This document shows positions 1-11,834 of a stretch of DNA of 64,000 nucleotides, piece by piece. The notes below the pieces were generated by a model. The model was given only the letters and a program-made list of their open reading frames with translations. It made no database searches and had not been told where the DNA came from. The DNA is from Gracilinanus agilis (lineage: Eukaryota): assembly GCF_016433145.1 (NCBI RefSeq), contig NC_058133.1, forward strand, positions 389,635,456 to 389,699,455. The letters run 5' to 3'. A program made the position numbers and the translations under genes. Within the stretch, counting starts at the first letter, position 1, and each line of letters starts with the position of its first letter.

Positions 1-1091
1 AACCCCTTAGTTAATTTATAATATCCCGTGACCCCATTATCTTACTTATATTTCCCACACTTTCCTTGATGAATTGCCTGCATATGTGCTGCAAGTTTTG
101 CTCCCCCAAATCAATGAACCTGAGAATGAGTTCCCCAGCTTCAAGGACCTGATCAAGAAAGGTATTGGGATGTTCTCCAACTTTCTCTGTCAGTGCCTCA
201 AACTGAGTCCAGACATTTGGTCTTTTAGCTAATTTCGCCATTCCCTCCACTAAATCCTGCCTGCAGAATTTCAAATAAGTGTGGTTTTGTGGTTTCACCA
301 ACTCCATATTGTCATATACTTTAGGCCATGATGTCAGGTGATTATTTTCTCTGATCTCCCTAATAAATTGTTGGGCTTGGAATGGGCTAAATAATTCTCC
401 TAGAAGAATCTTCACATCCTGGTAAGATGGATCGTAAATTTTGATTGCACACCTAAACTCTTAAGCATTGTTAGGACTGTGAGTTCCAGTCTCCCATTCT
501 CTTTTTTAGACTGTCTAGGTCACTGCTGGTAAATGAGGTATGTATTTTTAAATGGATGATCCCCTGGTCTCCCTTTAAAATTGCCTTATCATGTAAAGGA
601 AGAAGAAGAATGGTTGCTTCTACCCCTTTTACTGTGGTGTCTTTGCCTTCATTGTCATTGCCCTGCTTTGTCTGTATTCTCTTTATTAGTCTCTGTCATT
701 ATCAATATATTGTCCTTGCCATTTGTCATTTCTCCCATCTTTTCCCCATCTTGGCTTTTTCTTCCTGTATCATTTTAGCTAATTCAGCTTTTAGGGTTGC
801 TAAAGTTACTTGTTCCTCAGCCTTGTGTCCCAATAACTGTCCCATCAGCTTTTTTAGTGCCCAGTACATTTGTAGGAATGAAGCAATAGCTGCCATAAAT
901 GATGGAGTAAATGCTATCAGTTTTTCTATTTCCATCTTTAACCAGTTGTAATAATCTATTAAATGAATGAAGTTTAATATGTAATTCGGTATAGTCTCTG
1001 TCCATAGTCCATACATCATAGTTCCAAAAGAATACAGCATAACAGAGCTACTCAGTACCACAAATAAAGCTCTTCCTATTTCCCAGGCCAT
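1..1091 (-). mobile_element. gag: Endogenous retrovirus internal region: decayed class I (gamma-like) gag running off the left edge
   Basis: Minus-strand translation across a frameshift and two stops gives ...LLPLHDKAILKGDQGIIHLKIHTSFTSSDLDSLKKRMG...IYDPSYQDVKILLGELFS... This parallels gammaretroviral capsid PFSTSDL / HQPTWDDCQQLLQTLFT. It continues to KVGEHPNTFLDQVLE, which resembles the major homology region (ORF 11..415). Confidence 0.75.
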
Positions 1092-1273
1092 GTTTCAATG
1101 TATCTGCTTAGGTAGTAAAGTTTTCTGCTTTGCTATTATTTGCTTTCTGTCCTTGTGAGGCTTCTATAGCTTTTGGGAGGATCTAATCCAAAATGACTGC
1201 CGTCTGACTACTTTTTAGTATTCTGTTCAATAAAATGATTTTTTGTGATTAAATCAGGTTCTTTGTTTGGTTT

Positions 1274-1283
1274 TGGCTCACCA
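1274..1283 (-). promoter_or_regulatory. Putative primer binding site, tRNA-Arg-like
   Basis: Minus strand reads ...CATACA|TTTG|TGGTGAGCCA, i.e. TGG four nt after the LTR-terminal CA. 9 of 10 bases match TGGCGAGCCA (recalled Arg PBS); the mismatch is a CpG-type change. The match decays after 10 nt. Confidence 0.5.
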
Positions 1284-1287
1284 CAAA

Positions 1288-2154
1288 TGTATGAGGGTGA
1301 GTATTGATGGTAGGGGGTTGTGTATCTAGACTCCCCCCTTGTTAGCTTTCAATGGGCCAGAGCAGCTAATCACTCACCCCCACCCCAGGGAAGACCTATG
1401 AGAGAATAAACTCAAAGAGGTTCCCAAACTGGCAAAGCTATAGTGGGGATGTTGAAGGAAGGTGTTAAGGTTCAGTTGTGACCCTAATGGGTTGGATCCC
1501 ACCCTCAGAGCCAGCTGTGTTGAGACAAGTCTCCCCCACTCCTAAGTTCAAATTAGCTTTTCCCCATCCATCAAGATGGAGTCAGGTAATGGTCTTCCCC
1601 TCAGCCTCCAGATCAGTCTTCCTCCCCTCCAAGCCACACCCCAAGCTACCTCTAAAACTAATAACAATTTATTGCAAAGCAAGGGAATTCAAGGATATTT
1701 GGGTAATGGATATTGGTGAAATATGAGGAAGAATCAGGATAACTTCTCTATCACCTATGAACTCCCCAACAAGAGAGCAGTTCTGGTTTCTTCTGTAGCT
1801 TGAACTCAGAAACTGATTCTCTCTCACCTAACAATATCTTAACCTTAACTCTAACTAACAAAAGGGGAATATTTGAAAGGAAGGGGCACAAGCTGGATCA
1901 AGAATAGGTCCCCTGATGCCCGCTCCCAAATGGAGTCCTGGCACTATGGCCAAGTGAAGCACGAGTATCACAGATTCCTTCTGGTTGGTAATGAAGATCT
2001 GTAGAAAGAGTTTTGCTGTTGTAGACACCAAAATGCCAGGTATTTTCAGGTTTGGAAAAGCTAACTTCTCCCAGATCCTCCCAGCCACCCTTCTTCACCA
2101 ACCCCCTTACCACCAAGCACCAGCCCAAGTCTTCTCTGGAGTCTATTTTTGACA
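1288..2154 (-). mobile_element. 5' LTR of the ERV
   Basis: Minus strand begins TGTCAAAAATAG at 2154 and ends CCTCATACA at 1288. AATAAA at 1668-1673 (minus). Directly followed by the PBS and the gag leader. The second LTR and TSD lie outside the window. Confidence 0.55.
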
Positions 2155-2759
2155 GTTAGGACCTTCAGAATTCTCTTCTAGACTCCTCTTGCTGCTGTCC
2201 TCTCCCAAATGGAATTCTCTCAGGGTTCCATGGGGTCGGCTTCCAGTCACCTTCCAAGATGAGTGCTTAGTGATCCTTGATTTACCCAAATTCCACACTT
2301 AACAGTACCTACTTATGTTATGAAAAACTCTGACTTTCTTCATGCCCATACTTTCTTATCATTCTATTTCCCATTATACTATAAACTCTCTAAACCTATT
2401 CAAAACCCATGCCTGTGTTCTTACCTTGCCTCTCTCTTTTTTGTTTCTGTTTTCAAATAGTCTCTCAAATAATCAGGAGTCACATCTCCCCACATGTATG
2501 TAGTATTATTTAACTTGGGATGACAACTAAGCTCACTTGGGGGTGTGTGGCTATGCTTTTTTGGCTCAATAAAACATATTTGTCTACATATGCCTAAATA
2601 GATATACATGTGTATATATGCACATGCATGCACATGTATATCACATACATGCATATGTATATGTATGTGTATATACACACACAAATATCTGATGTGGGTC
2701 TAAACTTAAAGAAGAAAATGTACCTGCATATATAAATATGAGAATCCTGGCATATAGTA

Positions 2760-3240
2760 GATACTGAATATATTATGTTCATTGATTTATTCATTGATGG
2801 CTGAAGAGGTGATAAACTTAGGATGATGAAGTCACAGAAAGAGTGTAGGGGCAGAAGAGAATGACTAAGATAGACCCTTGTGGAACATCCACAGTTACAG
2901 GGAATGATATTGACAGTAAGTCAGCAAAGGAGATTGAAAAGGGACGTTCAGATAAGTAGGAAGTGAACCAGGAGAAAGTAATGCCATAAAAATCCAGGAA
3001 GAAGAGGGTATCTAAGAGGAGATTACTATCAACAGTGTAAAATTCAACAGATATGTTGAGAAAATGAGGAGTGAGACTAGATCATAAAATTTGTCAGGTA
3101 AGACCATTTTTGGCACTGGTAATTTTGGAGTGAATACTTTTAGTTGAAATTGGAAGTCAGATTGTTAAGAGTTGTAGAATATTTGAGATAAGGGAAACTG
3201 GAGGAAGTGAATGTAGATAGGTATTTGTAAGTTAAGACAA
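2760..3240 (-). mobile_element. Ancient L2 LINE fragment
   Basis: Purine-rich + strand typical of antisense L2 (gtagatactgaatat...gatgaagtcacagaaagagtg...gtggaacatccacagtt). Highly diverged, boundaries approximate. Confidence 0.55.
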
Positions 3241-5498
3241 AATGATAAGGGGAAGATAGCATGAAATCTCCAGTTATCCACTCTACTTTGAGCTAGACAG
3301 ATTTAATTAGAACCATTCTAATTCAATTGCAACTAATTGCTGCAAAGAGTAGAGTTTTTTCCAACAGAATTTAAAAGATCAACAAGTTTTGCCAAGAAAG
3401 AAGAGTCACCAACTGTCACAATTTCAATCACGTGTGGGACATGGAAGCAAGATGAGAGAACCACCCTGATGGCTTAGATTTCAGTATAGGAGTCTGAGGA
3501 AAGTTTGTTGAGAAATGGAAAAATGGACAAAATTGCTCTTCCTAGAAAGACCAAGCACCACGATACCAGAGATCAAAGCAATTTTTTGGAAGGACTTTAG
3601 TAGCAGAACAGTGAGCCCCAATAGGAAAACATCTTCAAAGAGGTAGAGCTGTTTTCTTTAGCCAATATGGACTATTTGGTCACTCATGACAACCTGAGTA
3701 CATTTCATATGAGAATGGAGGTTATTTTATCAGAAATTTAGTGAAATGAGTCTTTCATGAGGATCTGGTCAAGAATAGATATCTCTCCAGAAAACAAAAA
3801 CCCTAAATCTGACCTCATCACTGTCTATTCATAGGTTGTTTCAGCTAAGACTTGTAGGGCTTCATTCAACAATGTCAATGGATAATATAGAGTATCCTAA
3901 AGCACTGGATTGTAGATATCAAGTGATATTTCCATTCTAGTCACAGAAAAACACTTGCAAAAGATAGCTTTATAGCACATGTCGGGGCTACGTCTCTACA
4001 GACTACAAATAACTGTATCTTTACTATATCAATTTGGCCTTCAGGTTTCTAAGTTCTAGGAGATGGGTACATGGTAGATACTTGTCTTTAGTGTGTCCAG
4101 ACCTGGCAAACAATTCCAGATGAGAAGGAACAAGTATTTATTAAATGACTATTCCACTCTAGGCAGTGTGCTAAGTGCTTCACAAATATTATGCCATTTT
4201 ATAATGATGTACTTCTTATTGCATCATCAGTAACTGGGACCAACTCTAAGCTGTTTGAAAAATACAGAAGGTAGGCAGGTAGGGATAAATACCAGAAAAG
4301 TTGATAGCCCTTCCTTTTATTAAATAAATCATGTCAATATGACCATGTTACATTTAGTTATAGCTTTGGAAATGCATTCGTATATGATCTCATGTGATTC
4401 TGACATTAACTCTGGCTTCTTATTTATAGTTTATATAGATGGAGAAACTGAGACTTCTTGAGGTTTAGTCATTCTGGTTAAATTTCTTAAGAGGCACAAA
4501 ACTAATAAGTGCAGGGACAACAACCAGCACTCAAGTATTTTAGCACTTTAAAATAGAGAGTTCTTCCTACTACATTTTGCTGCTACCCTGAAGGTAACTG
4601 CTTATAAGTGAATAGAATGGGCCTAGAATCAGGAATCCTTGTGTTCAAATTCAGGTTTGGACAATTCTTAGATGTGTGATCCTGAACAAGTCGGTTAACC
4701 AATGACTAACTCAGTTTTCTCAATTATAAAATGGGGAGAATAACAGTATCAAACTTATGGGGTTGTTATAAAGATCATATAATATATTTGTAAAAAGTGC
4801 TTAGCATAGCACTTGGCACATAGTAGGTTATTATATAAATATTGATTCCCTTCCTATTTCCCCTTGTCATCCCTAAAGCAACTGAGTTTTTTGAGATGGG
4901 TAAAATAAAAAAAAATCACAATATGATTATTATTACTTAATGCTGTTGTTTAGATGTTTTTTGAAAGCAGACCATCTCTTTCATTAGCTCCCCTTCAAAA
5001 TTCAGTAGCATTGTAAAAGAATAGTGACTTTAAAGTCACTATGTTCGAGTTCTTTACACAGATCTGCCATTGTTTGACTTTCCAGAATACCATTTAGTCT
5101 TTTTAGATATCAGTTGTTTTTTTTTTCATATAGAAAATAGGAAAACTAGACTAGATTATTTAATGTCTATTCACTTCTCAGAATTTATGATTTTTTCCTT
5201 CTTTCCTCCATCCTTCCTTTCCTCTGCTCCAACCTTCCTTCCTGCTAGCATGTTGTGTTCATAGAGAACACTAAGGGACATTAGAGTATAAGGAAATGCA
5301 TGAGGAAAATAAAGAATTCAGTCGACATAATCTTTACTTATTATTATTAGAATGTGAGTGTGAAATCTATATTAAATCTACTCTTTTAGGTTTTTTTAAA
5401 AAATGGATTTATTTACAATTACCTTTCCTTCTTTGGAAGAACTTTGTGTCTTCCTTGTACTATATTCCATTCTACATTATAGCTATTTTAATAGAATT

Positions 5499-5502
<4 letters not shown>

Positions 5503-5548
<46 letters not shown>
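5503..5548 (+). repeat. (GT)23 microsatellite
   Basis: Perfect dinucleotide run. Confidence 0.98.
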
Positions 5549-5550
<2 letters not shown>

Positions 5551-5701
5551 CATATCACCTAGTAAAATATCTTTGGATCTTCCTCAGAATCTAGCATAGT
5601 TTTTGCATATATTTGGCATTTAATAGTTATTGATTAAATGAATGAGTGAAGAAAGAGTTTGTCTCCTGCTTTTGGGAAATGATCTTTAAGATCATTGTGT
5701 A

Positions 5702-5912
5702 AGGGGCAGCTGGGTGACTCAGTGGATTGAGAGCCAGGCCCAGAGATGACGGTAGGTCTTGGGTTTAAATCTGGCTTCAGCATCAGACTCTTCCTAGCTG
5801 TGTGACCCTGGGCAAGTCACTTTACCTCCATTGCCTAGCCCTTACCACTCTTCTGCCTTAGAACCAATACACAATATTGATTCTAAGACAGAAGGTAAGG
5901 ATTTAAAAAAAA
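5702..5912 (+). mobile_element. Opossum tRNA-derived CORE-SINE (older SINE1_Mdo-type subfamily)
   Basis: GGGGCAGCTGGGTGACTCAGTGG head, core TGTGTGACCCTGGGCAAGTCAC, A tail. TSD AAGATCATTGTGTA (5688-5701) / AAGATAATTGTGTA (5913-5926). Confidence 0.9.
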
Positions 5913-6130
5913 AAGATAATTGTGTAGCATTATACATTGCTACATAGTAATACTAGGTAGCATTTATTTAACACTTTATAAATATGGAAAGTGCTACATA
6001 AATGTCTCCACCTAGATTCACATGCTCTCCTCTACTTTACCTCAGTTACACATAGGGCTGTTAATAACCTTATTTATCCAAATCTATACTAATTTGATGA
6101 TCTAGAACTTAGAAGAAAAATCCTTCTTCC

Positions 6131-6133
<3 letters not shown>

Positions 6134-6203
<70 letters not shown>
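6134..6203 (+). repeat. (TC)35 microsatellite
   Basis: Perfect dinucleotide run. Confidence 0.98.
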
Positions 6204-6205
<2 letters not shown>

Positions 6206-6795
6206 CTCCTTCTCTCATCCTTCTCTCTTCCTCTTTACCATGACCTATAATCATATACTTCTATTCCTCCCTCACTCCTGCTATTTCATCCTCCATTACT
6301 GTTACCTAAAGTCACTTTTCCTTTTCTTACTCTCTCTGTCCATCCTCCTGCTCTGGTCTCATTTTTTCCCCTTTCTAGTCTAGACTATATAGTAAGTAAC
6401 CAGTTTATATATCCATCTTTTACCTGTGAAAACAACTAGCTCATTCATTGGTTCTATTGCCAGGCCTAGGGCCAGAAATACTTGGTTTCAAATTCTGCTT
6501 TAAATACTAACTAGCTGTGTGACCCTGGGCAAGTAATTTAGATTCTGCCTTGATTTCCTCAACTTTGAAACAGTGAAAATGATACCACCTGCCTACCAGG
6601 GTTGTTGTGAAGATCAAATGAGATTACTGAAAAGTACTTAGCATGGTGTCTGGTATATAGGTCTTATTTTTAATGATTATTCTAATTTCCTCAGAGATAA
6701 GTCATTTAACATCTGTGAAGTTCAGTATCCTCATCAGTAGGGGAAAGGAAATGCATTAATTAAAAACCAACAAACCATCAATAACAATGTTATGA

Positions 6796-7457
6796 TGTGA
6801 AGAAGAGATTAACTCTACCCTGCCCATTTTTAGATTTAATCACCAAAAGTGTACACACCCCATCTTCAAGTGGGGGAGGTCTGGGACCCATGTGTGCAAT
6901 AGTGAGTGACAAATCAGAATCAATTGTAAGCAAAGCTTTAACTATAATTGGTACACATAAATGGGAGGAAGGCACAGGAAGTGACAAAAGGAATGGTCTT
7001 CATAAATTGCAAGAAACTCCAGTGAAGAGAGTTTTTTCTCCTTCAACTTGATCCTGGAGGAGCTCTGGCTGAGGACTGAGGACTGCTTTCCCTTAGAACT
7101 ACCACATGGGTGAGTGAAAAAGGCTGACTCACTTTCTTGGCTTTTTCCTGGAGGTACTAGTCTCTAGAGAGGCCCCTCATCTGGAGGAGGCCTTGTAACT
7201 AAAACCCTTGTCATTAACCCTTAGGCCCTCTAGCTGGGGCTACAGGAGCCCTGCCAGAGTAAGCCAGGGCTTGAGTACATAGTCTAGCTCATTAAGCTAG
7301 ATCTCTTACTCTGTCCTCTTCTCATTTTTCTACTTTCACTCTTTCCCTCTATTTTATAAATTAATTACTAAAAAATCATTTGGAATTAATTAATTAATTT
7401 TCTGGCAACCACCCTATAAAATATTCAGTTCAACCAACCATAATTTTACCCTTTACA
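6796..7457 (+). mobile_element. Solo LTR, 662 bp, ERV1-like
   Basis: Starts TGTGAAG and ends CCTTTACA. Exact 4-bp TSD ATGA at 6792-6795 and 7458-7461. Confidence 0.85.
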
Positions 7458-8350
7458 ATGATACCTTTGGTTGATGGTTAAGTCTTGAATTAAACTTTTC
7501 TCTCTATTTGAGTAGAACCTTTTTAATAAATTACAGATAAACCAGTTTTGTATTTGGGATTTGGCTTTCAATAAAATAATTTCTCAATACTGTTGATGTT
7601 TATTTTCATTAAATAAATTCTCTTAGGTTTGATGGTCTCTTCCTTCTTTCACATACTGAAACCCCCAGTTTTCATCAGATGATGATCCCATTTTACCAGA
7701 CTTCCTCTTTCTTGTTTTTTAGACTAATTCCTTCTTCTTTATGAATATTTAAATCAAGGGCAACATTAATTCTTCTTGACTCTTTTCCTCTCAGCTATCC
7801 ATACTCTCTAAGAAGATAGTGAATACAATCAATATTTCTTAAATGAATGTTAAAGGAAAGTTAACAGCACACAAGACTGACCTTCAATGAAATTATGAAG
7901 TAGGTAAAGATTTTTCATGGCATAACATCACCTAGAAACCTACTTCTTTCAAGCTGTCCCATGAATTCTTGGAGCTCCTTATGCTCTCTTACTAGAATGA
8001 ACAACATATAACATTGATAGATTTTCCTTACCTCTCCCATTTCAGCACAACCTAGCCATCCTGTATCCCACTCCTTCAGAGTCTCATTCTCTCATTCTCT
8101 GTTAGGAGATAGCTAATCAAATAATTAAACTATGCTAACTTTCTCAAACTATGTAAGTATTTTCATATATATATATAAAATAGCCAACATATAACAGTTT
8201 AAGTTTGCACAGTACATGATATAAATTTGATCCTCCTCCTAATTCTGAAGTAGGTGCTATTATTATCCCAGCCTGATAGATGAGAATACAAAGGCTGAGA
8301 AAAAATTAAGTGCCTTACCCAGGGTCAAATAGCTAAAAAATGATTGAAGC

Positions 8351-8540
8351 GGGAAGTTGGGTGGTTTAGTGGATTGAGAGCCACACCTAGAGATGGGAGG
8401 TCCTAGGTTCAAATATAGCCTCAGAAAGGTGTGACCCTGGGCAAGTCACTTAACCCCCATTGCCTAGCCCTTACTGCTCTTTTGCTTTAGAAACAATGCA
8501 CAGTATTGATTCTAAGATGGAAGGTAAGGGTTGAAAAAAA
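8351..8540 (+). mobile_element. Opossum CORE-SINE (older SINE1_Mdo-type)
   Basis: Same head, core and tail as 5702-5912. Confidence 0.85.
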
Positions 8541-8607
8541 TTATTTAAGCAGGAATTGAAATAAAATTTTCCTGCTTTATGTCAGACATCCTATCAAGTG
8601 TTACCTT

Positions 8608-8851
8608 TTGTTGTTATTATTTAGTCGATTAGTCATGTCCAACTCTTTGTGATACCATTTGGAATTTTCTTGGTAACAAAACTATGGAGTAGTTTGCCAT
8701 TTCCTTCTCCAACTCATTTTACAGATTGGGAAACTGAGGCAAAGTTAAGTGATTGCCTAGAGTCACACTGTTACTAGGTGTCTAAAGAAGGATTTAAGCT
8801 TAAGTCCTCCTAACTCCAGGGCCAGCACTTTACTGGATCACCTTGCTACCC
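8608..8851 (-). mobile_element. MAR1-type marsupial SINE
   Basis: TTTAGTC...GTCCAACTCTTTGTGA...CCATTTCCTTCTCCAACTCATTTTACAGAT..GGAAACTGAGGC: reverse complement of an RTE-like tail plus CORE. Confidence 0.8.
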
Positions 8852-9433
8852 TAGATGCATCAGTTAAATAACAATACCTTCATATAGTTAAAATATGTAC
8901 TTGTTGACAAAGTCCTTAAATTTAGAAAATGAAGAGAATTTCAGGCAGCATGGCAGGCCAGAATGGGAATATATTTGCGATCACCTTGGCATTTTACAGT
9001 TCTTCAGATCAAAGAAGTACAAGATGGCTCTGAAAACGTGTGAGCTTCTGAAGCATTTTTTCCCAGGAAATGCCTAGAGAACTAAGATTCTATAGCTGCT
9101 TTATAATTTCATCATAGCCGAGTTAGAGGAGAGTTCTTTGTCCTCCCAAATAGTTCTAAAAGAAGTGAGATAAGGAGGAATGTACACAATACTGAAGGTT
9201 ATTTTAGGTTAACTTGAGGTTAACTGAAATTTAAATACCTGCAGGTGGTTTCATTTGCATTTGCTTTATTTTTCATGTTTCTTAACTAAGATTATCTACA
9301 TGATAATCAAAAATATTATTTCTTTATTGTAATGGTCAGTAACCACAGATTCTAGATTTCTGACAATTACAAAAACAAAACAAACATCTTTTGAATTTTC
9401 TCCTCTTTTCTCCTACTTCAATAGGATAGATGA

Positions 9434-9644
9434 CATGTTGGTGAACCTGTGGCACACATGCCAGAAAATGCTGGCGTGGGCTTCTCCCTTCCCCCTCTCC
9501 ACATACTTGCATCACTTGCCCCTTTGCCCAGCAGCCCAATGGGAGGACTTCCTCCCTCTCTTGTCTGGGATAAGGTGGGGGGCTCACATGTGGCATGAGG
9601 GTTGCAATTTGGGCACTTGGTCTCTAAAAGTTTCACCATCATTG
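9434..9644. mobile_element. Non-autonomous hAT (Charlie-group) MITE, ~210 bp
   Basis: Left end CATGTTGGTGAACCT. Right end AAGTTTCACCATCATTG, whose reverse complement is CAATGATGGTGAAACTT. Both resemble TIR CAGTGATGGCGAACCT. TSD degraded. Confidence 0.75.
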
Positions 9645-10014
9645 GATTAGAGCTAAGAAAAGAAGAAATTATATCAATGAAACTGAATGGAAAATTTAAC
9701 ATTCAAACACAAGACTCAAGGGAAGTAGATATGAAAGTGTTATCATTAGAGACTTAAGGTTTGTGTTTACATTTCTAAATAGTAAGATAATATATTTAAA
9801 TCCAAAGAACTTTATTAGAGCAGTTAGAAAGAGTCTATACAGACAGAGGGCATAAGAATGACTCCACGATGTTGGAATGATCTCTAAAAATAAAGGAGTA
9901 AGAAAGAGGGTGTACTGGAGAAGGAAAAAGGGAGAGGTAGAATGGGAAAAAATTGCTCATATAAAAAGGGTGCACAAGGAAGAGATTTTATAGTAGAGGG
10001 CACACACACATACA

Positions 10015-10058
<44 letters not shown>

Positions 10059-10180
10059 TATACACTTAGAGGGCATAGAAGTTTATCTTACCCAGTAGGG
10101 AAACAGGAGGGGAGAGGAGTAAGAAATAAAGATGAAAGGTGATAAAAGGGAAGGAAGATTAAGGAAGTCAATGGTCAGAA

Positions 10181-10184
<4 letters not shown>

Positions 10185-10238
<54 letters not shown>
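10185..10238 (+). repeat. (AG)27 microsatellite inside the L1 inter-ORF region
   Basis: Perfect run. A (CA)-rich run lies nearby at ~10000-10065. Confidence 0.95.
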
Positions 10239-10241
<3 letters not shown>

Positions 10242-10933
10242 AAGGATAGATGGAACAAAATAGGATGGAGGAAAATACAATAGTAATCCTAACTATGAAT
10301 GTGAATGGGATGAGTTCATCCATAAACTGGAAGCAGATAGCAGAATGAAGACTATAGTCCTCTAGTATGTTTAGAAGAGAAATGTTTGAAATGAAAAGAT
10401 ATAACTAGAGTTAAAATAAAAGGCTGACAGAATCTTTTATGTGTCTGAACTGAAATTTTTAAAAAAAGGCAGAGACAGGAATAATGATTTCAGAGAGAGC
10501 AAAACTATAAGTAGACCTCAAAAGAGAGCCAAGGAAACTACATTTTGTTAGAAAGAACCATGAACAAACTAATATGGAAAAAACTTATAGTAAGTTTTTT
10601 GATAAAGGCCTTACTTCTCAAGTATATAGGGAACTGAGTTAAATTTATATAAATAAGAGACATTTCCAAATTGATAAATGGTCAATGGAAATTAACAGGC
10701 CATTTTCAGAAGGTGAAATCAAAGTCATCTGTAGTGATATTAAAAAAATGCTCTAAATCGTTATTGATTAGAGAACTGCACATTTAAACAATTCTGAGGT
10801 GACCTTATACCAATCAGAACTGACAAATGTTCGAGGAGACAAGGGAAAAACAACCTGATGGAGTTGTGAACTGATCTAACTATTGTGAAGAAAAATTTAG
10901 AAATATATCCAAAGAATTTTAAATTGCTCATAC

Positions 10934-11834
10934 TGTTGTGGGAGAGCTTTGGGGTGAAACCCCAAGTTTGGGACAGGTTACCCTTTTCAAGAATGCAACA
11001 CTCCAAAACTTAGCTTAAAAATAAATAGAGAAATGTATTAATTTGGAAGTGTGTGAAGGGAATCCTTTCCTAGGATCACAGATGGGATGCTGTCCTGCCT
11101 GCATCCCTGCATTCCTGGAGCTACATCACTTACATCACCAAGGTTGGTCATCTAGTTACATCATCTAGCATAGGTTACCTGACTCTGAACCTGATCAGGA
11201 CATGAATTTGCTGAATGTGAAAGGAGAGTTTAAAAGGTTTGAACAAGGAAGTGCTTGCTCTCTGTCCCTCTTGTCTGGCCAAGGGGAGCTGCTGCTGGAG
11301 GTCATGATGGGAATACCTAAGTGGGAGCTAGATTAGGCTATTTTATTCTTATCTTTCTATCTATTTCTCAACTTTTACCTATCCAAGTGATTCTAATAAA
11401 CTTTATTAAATTCTAAGGACCAGTCTCTTAATTTTAATTCTTACAGAAGTCATGTTGAAAATGTGGGAGATAATGTGCAAGGGTAGACACTGCCTCCCAG
11501 AGGAAATGGAGTATAGGGATTTTATACCCCTTGGACATTAGGGATTACAGGATAAAAAAAGGGGGTTGGGGTGATTCAGGAATGAGGTAATTGGTTTAGG
11601 TTGTGGGTATAAGGAATGATCTGTGGAATTCAAAGAATGATTAGATTAGATACCACCCAATGCTAATCAGAGTGGAACCAGGAAGTGCATATCTATATTA
11701 ATTGAAGATCTAGGGGAAAGTTCAAAGGGGGGGGGGCGGGTTTGCTCCTAGAAAGGAATTTCTTATGACTCCTTTTGACCTAGAACACTTATGGAGTTCT
11801 GGGGTGTATATGGGAAACCTATCCCCCCATATCA
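10934..11834 (-). mobile_element. Outer solo LTR (~500 bp net), split by an inner LTR
   Basis: Minus strand starts TGATATGGGGGG at 11834, has a TATA-like GGTATAAAATCCC near 11520 and ends CCCACAACA at 10934. 4-bp TSD ATAC at 10930-10933 and 11835-11838. Confidence 0.8.
11050..11445 (+). mobile_element. Inner solo LTR, 396 bp
   Basis: Starts TG at 11050, AATAAA at 11395-11400, ends TTACA at 11445. TSD GAAG at 11046-11049 and 11446-11449. Confidence 0.8.

Noticed and set aside
556-951. 131-aa hydrophobic + strand ORF
   Set aside because: Antisense shadow of the purine-rich gag strand, with no recognisable domain.
5702-5770. tRNA-like A/B-box sequences in SINE heads
   Set aside because: They are heads of tRNA-derived SINEs with CORE, tails and TSDs, not tRNA genes.
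8990-9045. Possible micro-exon TTTTACAG|...|GTGAGC
   Set aside because: Splice-like dinucleotide contexts are common. Nothing links it to a transcript.
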